IMG/VR virus record: IMGVR_UViG_3300034019_000699
Length of the DNA stretch: 20,000 nucleotides
Direction: 5' to 3' (one strand)
DNA from: an uncultured virus (IMG/VR IMGVR_UViG_3300034019_000699)
Taxonomy: Duplodnaviria > Heunggongvirae > Uroviricota > Caudoviricetes
Shown here: positions 1 to 6,477 of the stretch, piece by piece
How positions within the stretch are numbered: the stretch's first letter is position 1
Layout of the letters: each line of letters begins with the position of its first letter
Translations under genes and position numbers: made by a program
Notes under the pieces: generated by a model
The model's input: the letters and a program-made list of their open reading frames with translations, nothing else
Database searches by the model: none
What the model was told of the DNA's origin: nothing

Positions 1-2
1 AA

Positions 3-125
3 ATAGGAGACATTGTTCTTTGTCCATCTAACTATATTTATGAGCATGCATCTTTGCCAATGAAAGAAGGAACTAAATATTGTGTTGTCGTAATGACAGA
101 CATTAATGAACTGGGACACAAGTAG
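3..125 (+). CDS. 2OG-Fe(II) oxygenase, C-terminal fragment (5' end outside window)
   Basis: Manual translation from nt 3: IGDIVLCPSNYIYEHASLPMKEGTKYCVVVMTDINELGHK*. Shows the distal Fe-ligand His and GTKY, and aligns with the 902..1585 C-terminus (GDLYIFPSNFMYPHQAMPVHSGTKYSIVTMLD). TAG at 123-125 overlaps the next GTG. Confidence 0.85.
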   Translation: MGDIVLCPSNYIYEHASLPMKEGTKYCVVVMTDINELGHK

Positions 126-892
126 TGTCTTTAGTTGCAAAGTTTACAGCATTCAGGCCTTGGATAAACAAAGAGGATATCTCTGTTCCTGTTCCTACAC
201 AAAAAGAAATACCAGACTGGTATAAGGATGCAGATAGATTTGCAAAAATGCCAAACGGAGAATACTATAAAGCAACAAAAGAGGTTTGTCCATTTCCCAA
301 AGAAGGAACAACAGATGACTATGGAAAGATCCCAACATGGAAAGCGTGTCCTGCAATTATGGATGCGTTTGCGACAGGATATGTATTTAAAACTCCTTGT
401 GATCTAACATTTGCTAAAAATTCTCAGGGAATAATTAATGTAACAATTAATGACCCTAAGTATAAAGACTTTTGTACTCAAAGACCTCCAATGCCACAAT
501 TCGAACATCCAAAAGGATACTACCAACACCATTTTGCCTGGAGTTCTCCGTGGGGCCTAGAACTTCCAGAAGGATATAGTGCATTATTTATGACTCCAAT
601 GAACAGGTTTGATCTTCCATTTTTAAATACAACTGGAATTGTTGACTCTGACAAAGTTCATCTTCTTGGAAGTTTTCCATTTTTTATTGCAGATGGTTGG
701 GAAGGCACTATTCCAGCAGGAACCCCATATTTGCAAGTCCTTCCATTTAAAAGAGAAAATTGGGATCATGATATAGAGATTTCAGATCAATCTTCTATAT
801 ATGGTAAAATGGTAGATAACGCAAAGTTCTATCGTCAACCTGACGGGGGCGTATATATTAAAAAAGTTTGGTCACGCAGAGAGTATAAATAG
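125..892 (+). CDS. Conserved phage protein, DUF6065-like (possible dUTPase-like beta fold)
   Basis: 255-aa ORF coupled by a TAGTG overlap. Its motifs PDWYK, KACPAIMDAFATGY, LFMTPMN, GIVDSD and IPAGTPYLQVLPF parallel RDWMD, RCFPVTQANVVGY, LTINPVN, SLISTS and IKAGTPVATIIPI in 1585..2295. Family label is by recognition only. Confidence 0.6.
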   Translation: MSLVAKFTAFRPWINKEDISVPVPTQKEIPDWYKDADRFAKMPNGEYYKATKEVCPFPKEGTTDDYGKIPTWKACPAIMDAFATGYVFKTPCDLTFAKNSQGIINVTINDPKYKDFCTQRPPMPQFEHPKGYYQHHFAWSSPWGLELPEGYSALFMTPMNRFDLPFLNTTGIVDSDKVHLLGSFPFFIADGWEGTIPAGTPYLQVLPFKRENWDHDIEISDQSSIYGKMVDNAKFYRQPDGGVYIKKVWSRREYK

Positions 893-901
893 GAGATACA
901 A

Positions 902-1585
902 ATGCAAACATGGACAGATAAAGAAAGTCTTGGAAATGGAATAACCTGTTATAGAGGGGTTATTAAAAAAGAGTTTGATGTAGTCAATAGGCTTGAAAAT
1001 ACTTTAGGTTCTGTTGCTGGGTACGGAGAGTTGTCTACAGAAGGTAAAAGATATCACTGGATGCCAGCATATGTTGGTTATCAACAACTTATGCCAGACT
1101 ACAGAGACTGTGTAGATTTTAAATTTAAAAAAACAGACATTGAACAAGATAAAAGTGAAGAGTCTTTAAAGTTGCAGTCTCTTTGGCAGGACATCTATGA
1201 TGCACAATCTGCAGCAGTAGAGGACTACAGACGAGACTACAACATTATGCCACTTAAATATTGGGAAGCCTTTAATTTTATTAAATATGGTCCAGGCCAA
1301 CACTTTAAAGAGCATCATGATCATGGATACTCCTACAACTGTACTGTTTCGTTGGTCGCTTATGTAAATGATGACTATGAGGGTGGAGAGTTATTTTTTA
1401 GACTACAGGGTTTAAACATTAAGCCAAAGGCTGGAGATCTTTACATCTTCCCATCTAACTTTATGTATCCTCATCAGGCTATGCCAGTTCATTCTGGAAC
1501 TAAATACTCTATTGTTACCATGCTTGACTATAGTAAAAAGTATCATACGCCAGACATGTATGATCCTAAATGGGATAATGAATAG
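902..1585 (+). CDS. 2OG-Fe(II) oxygenase, prolyl-4-hydroxylase-like
   Basis: AGGAG RBS at 891-895. KYGPGQHFKEHHD (HxD), YVNDDYEGGEL, FPSNFMYPH (distal His), GTKY (Lys at the 2OG-binding position). Confidence 0.92.
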   Translation: MQTWTDKESLGNGITCYRGVIKKEFDVVNRLENTLGSVAGYGELSTEGKRYHWMPAYVGYQQLMPDYRDCVDFKFKKTDIEQDKSEESLKLQSLWQDIYDAQSAAVEDYRRDYNIMPLKYWEAFNFIKYGPGQHFKEHHDHGYSYNCTVSLVAYVNDDYEGGELFFRLQGLNIKPKAGDLYIFPSNFMYPHQAMPVHSGTKYSIVTMLDYSKKYHTPDMYDPKWDNE

Positions 1586-2295
1586 TGTATAACATAATAG
1601 TTGAAAAAATGCCAGGGTGTATTTTTGAAATAAATCCAATGTCAATAAAAAGAGATTGGATGGATGCTACATCAGAAAACCATGCTTATAGATGTTTCCC
1701 AGTAACGCAAGCAAATGTCGTTGGCTACAGTCTTTCTTGTAAAGAGGATATTGAGTTTATTTGGGACGGGATAAACGATCAAACTCAAGATCATGTAACA
1801 ATATTTAATCCAGAAAGATCATATTCTGGAAGAGGTCAGTCATCAGTAAGCCTAGACACAGGGTTAATATTTAGAACTATAGAAGAACTCAGCATCCTCA
1901 CTATAAATCCAGTAAATTATTTTAATGATGAGTTTGAAACGATGTCATCCTTAATAAGTACTTCTTTTTATGACAACCCCTTGCCGTTAGCAATTAAAGC
2001 AAGGTTTGCAAATAAAAGGGTAACAATTAAGGCTGGAACTCCAGTAGCAACAATAATACCAATATCCTTAACAGGCTTAAACAATACTGAAATTAATATT
2101 ATAAAGTATCAAGATAATGACAAAAAAAGAGAGCAAGCAAACAGGTCTTATGGAGAGGCTGCACAAGTTCTTAATTCTTCGGGAGAATGGACAGACTGGT
2201 ATAGAAACGCTGTAAATGAAAAACAAGAATCTCTGGGCTCTCATGAAACAAAAACTTTAAAACTCATTGTAAAAGATAGTTCTGGTGAGTTATGA
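1585..2295 (+). CDS. DUF6065 family protein
   Basis: N-terminal KRDWMDATSENHAYRCFPVTQANVVGY resembles the RxWMDxT...AYRCxPxxxANxxG signature I associate with DUF6065. GTG start overlaps the upstream TAG (TAGTG). Confidence 0.7.
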   Translation: MYNIIVEKMPGCIFEINPMSIKRDWMDATSENHAYRCFPVTQANVVGYSLSCKEDIEFIWDGINDQTQDHVTIFNPERSYSGRGQSSVSLDTGLIFRTIEELSILTINPVNYFNDEFETMSSLISTSFYDNPLPLAIKARFANKRVTIKAGTPVATIIPISLTGLNNTEINIIKYQDNDKKREQANRSYGEAAQVLNSSGEWTDWYRNAVNEKQESLGSHETKTLKLIVKDSSGEL

Positions 2296-2747
2296 GTGAA
2301 CTAAATCCAACACATGAAGATATAGTAAGCGAATATATAAAAAATGCCAAAGAAGGAAAGGTTGGCCATTACATGATAACAGTTGCTAGAGATGGGGAGT
2401 CTCCAGTACGGTCTATAATATCATTTGACAACATAGACGAGGCATTTAAAGGTTACTCAATGTATGAAGATGCTGGGTTTGCAAAAGATTATCTTACAGT
2501 TTCCCTATATCAGCCATCAGGAATAGTCACTACAAAAGTTTTAAAAAGAAATCATGCTGGAGATCCTTCGTTTGTTAGGCAAAATTATATTGATACGGTT
2601 GAAGCCTTGCACTCTGTTAAACATAAGTTAAGCAAAGAAGACTACGAAGAGATGTGTATTAAAATTGTTACCTCATTTGCAAAAGACAACTGGAGATTTA
2701 ATGCAGACAGGTTTTTAAAACAACTAGAAATAGAAAGGACATTGTAG
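2292..2747 (+). CDS. Hypothetical phage protein (apparent two-module fusion)
   Basis: 151-aa ORF with ATGA overlap to the previous gene. The C-terminal RQNYIDTVEAL...FAKDNWRFNADRFL resembles small helical phage proteins carrying DNPRFDxxRF. Confidence 0.75.
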   Translation: MSELNPTHEDIVSEYIKNAKEGKVGHYMITVARDGESPVRSIISFDNIDEAFKGYSMYEDAGFAKDYLTVSLYQPSGIVTTKVLKRNHAGDPSFVRQNYIDTVEALHSVKHKLSKEDYEEMCIKIVTSFAKDNWRFNADRFLKQLEIERTL

Positions 2748-2758
2748 GATAAACCCTA

Positions 2759-2767
2759 TGATATAAT
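2759..2767 (+). promoter_or_regulatory. Extended -10 promoter (TGATATAAT), probably leaderless
   Basis: TGnTATAAT lies 6 nt (CTTATT) before ATG 2774, with no Shine-Dalgarno in between. Confidence 0.75.
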
Positions 2768-2773
2768 CTTATT

Positions 2774-3448
2774 ATGGACAAAGAAAAAGCCACTGTTGTA
2801 GTTAGAAAGCCATCGATAACCCCGTCTGGCTGGTTTGGCGATAGTAAAGATATGATCGTAGAGTTAGAAAACTTTATGACACAAGAAGAGATTGAGTTTT
2901 TAGAAAAGGCTGCAAAGTCTTTAACTATTTGGGATGTAACAGAAAGCCATGTAAACGAAAATGGAACTGTTGTTTATGATTCAGAATACTGGAAAGACAG
3001 AGTTGCAACCAGTCCAACACTTAACAAAAATGATCCATCAATTGCTCCAGTAATCGCAGGACTTTTTGAAAGGTTAAAGCCTATAGTAGAAGATTTTTAT
3101 AAAGTAAAGGTTATCCCTACTGGAACAACAATTGTAAAATGGCTTCCAGGACAATTTCAAAAACCGCATGCAGACAAAGAGTTGCACGAAGGCCCAGATG
3201 CTGGCCTACCAAATGATTTTCCAAACTATGATCTTTCAAGTTTGTTTTATTTAAACGATGACTACGAAGGTGGAGAACTATACTTTCCACTGCAAGAAGT
3301 GCAGTTTAAACCTAAAAAAGGCGCTGCATACTTTTTCCCAGGTGACAAGAACTATATCCACGGGGTAACAGAAATTAAAAGTGGTTTAAGATTTACCTGT
3401 CCTTTCTTTTGGGAAATTACAGAGCATACAGGAGATCGAAAGCCATGA
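2774..3448 (+). CDS. 2OG-Fe(II) oxygenase, prolyl-4-hydroxylase-like
   Basis: ENFMTQEEIE, KWLPGQFQKPHAD (HxD), YLNDDYEGGELYF, YIHGV (His), GLRF (Arg). Confidence 0.93.
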   Translation: MDKEKATVVVRKPSITPSGWFGDSKDMIVELENFMTQEEIEFLEKAAKSLTIWDVTESHVNENGTVVYDSEYWKDRVATSPTLNKNDPSIAPVIAGLFERLKPIVEDFYKVKVIPTGTTIVKWLPGQFQKPHADKELHEGPDAGLPNDFPNYDLSSLFYLNDDYEGGELYFPLQEVQFKPKKGAAYFFPGDKNYIHGVTEIKSGLRFTCPFFWEITEHTGDRKP

Positions 3449-4314
3449 TAGCAATGTCTTCAAAAAGTTTGGATTCTGTTGAGTTGTATCCTAAAATAAT
3501 TGTGTATAAGAATTTATTTAAAGATATTGCAAAAACTACAAAATTACTTGAAGAAGAAAGCGAAGACGGTTTGTTTTCGCCATGGACAAAATGGTCTAAT
3601 TTTGGAGAATATCTCAATCCGTTGTTTAAAAATGACCCTTTCCAACTATTAATAGGCATGATAAGAGTAATAAAAACAACAAATTTAAAACAAGAAGAAC
3701 ATAAAAATGCAATATTGGAACTTTATGAAAATTTCTATATAGCAACAAAAGACTACGCAAATAGGTTTGATATTGAGATAGATGATCAAAAAATTGTAAA
3801 AACACACGAGGGCCAAGACATAAAAGAATGGGTGATTAATGGTCCATCAATAGCAAGATACAGAACAGACATCACAGATCCAGTTGCAATGACGTATCAT
3901 TCTGACTATATCCGTGAGCCAATCACTAGTCCAGGGCATAAATATGTCATAACGGCCCTGACATACTTTAATGATAATTATTCTGGCGGTGAAATTGATT
4001 TTATTGTTGATGGAGAAGCCTACATGTATAAACCACAGGCTGGAGATGTTTTGGTATTTCCTTCAGGGCATCCACAAATTTTAACTAAAGAGGGAAAGAT
4101 ATACCTACACGGAGTTATGCCAGCGCAAGGTTTTAAGAAGTATATCTCCAGAATGTATTGGATGAAATACGAACCAGGAGAATCCGCATGGTTTGAACAA
4201 GAAGAAAAGTTTGGAAAAGAAGTCTGGAACAAAATGCAAGAAAAGATTATGGAAGAGTTTAGAAATGCTCATCCAAATAAACATAGTGCTGAAAGGGAGA
4301 AAAGAATATCATGA
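3445..4314 (+). CDS. 2OG-Fe(II) oxygenase (start revised from 3409 to 3445)
   Basis: MTYHSD (HxD), YFNDNYSGGEIDF, FPSG...YLHGV, FKKY. ATG 3445 forms an ATGA overlap with the upstream stop and has AGGAG at 3430-3434. ATG 3454 is an alternative start. Confidence 0.88.
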   Translation: MIAMSSKSLDSVELYPKIIVYKNLFKDIAKTTKLLEEESEDGLFSPWTKWSNFGEYLNPLFKNDPFQLLIGMIRVIKTTNLKQEEHKNAILELYENFYIATKDYANRFDIEIDDQKIVKTHEGQDIKEWVINGPSIARYRTDITDPVAMTYHSDYIREPITSPGHKYVITALTYFNDNYSGGEIDFIVDGEAYMYKPQAGDVLVFPSGHPQILTKEGKIYLHGVMPAQGFKKYISRMYWMKYEPGESAWFEQEEKFGKEVWNKMQEKIMEEFRNAHPNKHSAEREKRIS

Positions 4315-5060
4315 ATCTAGAAAACAAAAACAGAATAACTAAAGATATAGTTGTTTATGAAAACTTCATTGATGCAGATACTGCTGAAAAACTTGTAAAA
4401 GTTTTAGATAAACATGTCGAGGTTGGAACAATCACATGGATGCCAATATCATTCTACGAATCCTATTCTTCTGTATTACCACAAGATGATGATGAGCATG
4501 TTATTGCAGAAGGTCTTCCTACTACTATTTTTTCAGACATGAAGCAGGGGATAATTGAAGCAGTAGCAAGTGTTCATGACCTTGATCCAAAGATAATTTC
4601 TCAAATTGGATATCATACTCAAAAGTGGGAGCCAGGAGCATACGCAAGAAAACATTCCGACAATACCGATGAGCACGGACACTCTGGTGCCTTTACAAGG
4701 AGTAGATATGCTGCATTCTTATATCTAAATGATAATTTTGAAGGAGGAATGTTGCAGTTCCCAGATCAAGACATAAGCATACAGCCCAAAGTTGGAATGC
4801 TTGCTGCATTTGACGGGGGATTTAACAACATGCACGAAGTAACCCTTATCACTAGTGGAGTTAGATACACCATAGGTTCTTTTTGGGATGATCGAGAAGA
4901 AGATGCATACCCACAAGAAGTAAGAGATGCATGGGCAGCAGAAATGAAAGAAACTAGAGCGCATCAAGAAATTGAAAGAGCCGAGTGGCAAGAACTCTTA
5001 AAACAGGGTTGGAAACTTGATGCTAATGGAAATAAATATAAAGCAGATGATTTAAAATGA
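4311..5060 (+). CDS. 2OG-Fe(II) oxygenase, prolyl-4-hydroxylase-like
   Basis: VVYENFID, QKWEPGAYARKHSD, YLNDNFEGGMLQF, NMHEV, GVRY. ATGA overlaps on both sides. Confidence 0.93.
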   Translation: MNLENKNRITKDIVVYENFIDADTAEKLVKVLDKHVEVGTITWMPISFYESYSSVLPQDDDEHVIAEGLPTTIFSDMKQGIIEAVASVHDLDPKIISQIGYHTQKWEPGAYARKHSDNTDEHGHSGAFTRSRYAAFLYLNDNFEGGMLQFPDQDISIQPKVGMLAAFDGGFNNMHEVTLITSGVRYTIGSFWDDREEDAYPQEVRDAWAAEMKETRAHQEIERAEWQELLKQGWKLDANGNKYKADDLK

Positions 5061-5719
5061 ATGTTTTTTTAAAAAAAGAGTTCGATGATGCTGGATATAA
5101 CACTGAGGTTTTCCATGACCAGGTTTTGTTTATTTATGATTTTTTAAAAGACGGAGAGTTAGAAATTTTATGGAACATAATTAATACCACTGACAACGCA
5201 GACTGGTCAATAGAGTATACTAAAAATCTTGCCAGGTTTTGCATGGAAAAATTTGGAAGGGACGATGTTGAAAATTTAATTTCAGAAGGTAAATTTGAAA
5301 AAACTCTTGGATGGGAAGATAAAAATCTAGATATTACCAAGAGACCTATAAGCACAGTTCTTCAAAGAAGGCTTGGAGAGTTACTTGAAAAAGCAGACCC
5401 ATCCCTAGAACTCGCTGGGTTTGGAACTCTTCAAAGAATGCAAGAGGGCGTTGAACTAAAAGCACATACGGACCAGAATACCGATCCATCAATTAAATAT
5501 GCTGCTATACTATATATTAATGATGACTACAAAGATGGAACTTTGTTTTTTTATAACAAAGAGAATTCAGATTTGAGGCCAAAGCCAGGAACCTTGCTTA
5601 TTTTTCCAGGTAACGAAGAATATGAGCATGGAGTAAGACATGTTGGAGAAGGTCCTATTCGTTATGTGACTGTAGGATTTATGAAGACAATTGGTTTTTA
5701 TGAAAATAATAAGTACTAA
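5057..5719 (+). CDS. 2OG-Fe(II) oxygenase
   Basis: QRMQEGVELKAHTD, YINDDYKDGTLFF, FPGNEEYEHGV, PIRY. Confidence 0.92.
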   Translation: MNVFLKKEFDDAGYNTEVFHDQVLFIYDFLKDGELEILWNIINTTDNADWSIEYTKNLARFCMEKFGRDDVENLISEGKFEKTLGWEDKNLDITKRPISTVLQRRLGELLEKADPSLELAGFGTLQRMQEGVELKAHTDQNTDPSIKYAAILYINDDYKDGTLFFYNKENSDLRPKPGTLLIFPGNEEYEHGVRHVGEGPIRYVTVGFMKTIGFYENNKY

Positions 5720-5730
5720 GGAGAAATACT

Positions 5731-6360
5731 ATGGAAAGAGAAATACTTGAAGAAAAGGTCTACTATTACACAAACGTAATTGAAGACCCAAAGAAACTTG
5801 TTGATGCAATTGAAAATGACAACAAAGATCCTTGGGGTGAATGGATGGCGTGTAGTGGAGAAGCGTATGTTTATGGAACAGATAAAACCATTGCTCTAAC
5901 TTCAGATGCTGATGAAAAAAATAAGTATATCTATAATACCTTACAAAAAGCATTTGACGATGTAGCAAGAGACTATGCAAAAGCCCAAGGAATTACAGAT
6001 GAACCAAAACTATTTCCACAGTATCCAATTAAAAAGTATCAGCCAGGAACATTTATGGGTGCACACTTTGATCAACAAGAAGGAGACCAAAGACTTAAAG
6101 TTTCTTTTGTTATGTATTTAAATGACGATTATGAAGGCGGAGAAATTTCTTTTACAATTGCTTCTCCAGAAGGAGTACTAACTCAGCCTAGCCCAGAACC
6201 AGATTTTGATGATGCTAAAACTAGAGGAAACTATAACTTTTATGTAAAGCCCAAGGCTGGAAGTATAATTGTTTTCCCTCCATCACCACCATATCATCAC
6301 ACCGCACACCTAGTAAAAAGTGGCGAAAAGATTATGGTTCCACAGCACTGGATTCATTAA
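5731..6360 (+). CDS. 2OG-Fe(II) oxygenase, prolyl-4-hydroxylase-like
   Basis: AAGGAG RBS at 5718-5723. KKYQPGTFMGAHFD, YLNDDYEGGEISF, FPPSPPYHHTAH, GEKI. Confidence 0.92.
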   Translation: MEREILEEKVYYYTNVIEDPKKLVDAIENDNKDPWGEWMACSGEAYVYGTDKTIALTSDADEKNKYIYNTLQKAFDDVARDYAKAQGITDEPKLFPQYPIKKYQPGTFMGAHFDQQEGDQRLKVSFVMYLNDDYEGGEISFTIASPEGVLTQPSPEPDFDDAKTRGNYNFYVKPKAGSIIVFPPSPPYHHTAHLVKSGEKIMVPQHWIH

Positions 6361-6410
6361 TCTTTTATAAAATAGTTTTTATTAACTCTTAACTACAACT
6401 TTAGGGGAGA

Positions 6411-6440
6411 GTTTTGCTTTTTGCAAAACACTGCTATACT
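6411..6440 (+). promoter_or_regulatory. nrdJ promoter: extended -10 TGCTATACT with upstream 7-bp inverted repeat
   Basis: TGcTATACT at 6432-6440. GTTTTGC-N5-GCAAAAC at 6411-6429. RBS GAAAGGA at 6460-6466. Confidence 0.6.
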
Positions 6441-6477
6441 TAACACTTATTCCGTTTTTGAAAGGACGATACACATT

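Noticed and set aside
1361..6144. Similar ~30-bp DNA segments encoding Y(L/V)NDDYEGGE in several oxygenases (1361, 3248, 6115)
   Set aside because: Differences between 3248 and 6115 fall at synonymous third positions, which indicates protein-level conservation rather than a DNA repeat or recombination cassette.
902..6360. Assignment of the oxygenases as TET/JBP or AlkB DNA-base modifiers
   Set aside because: The motifs (YLNDDYEGGE, FPS/G...H.V) are P4H/2OG-FeII_Oxy_3-like. No methyltransferase or base glycosyltransferase is in the window. A nucleotide substrate is not excluded but is unsupported.
6393..6408. NrdR-box-like sequence CTACAACTTTAGGGGA upstream of nrdJ
   Set aside because: The core is one base shorter than the 16-bp NrdR consensus, lacks the central AT, and has no tandem second box. 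A PWM scan would settle it.
6421..6477. ORF-track N-terminal extensions (also 3409-3444, 12266-12271, 15640-15666)
   Set aside because: They overlap promoters or upstream genes. Downstream ATGs have better SD, overlap or leaderless geometry.
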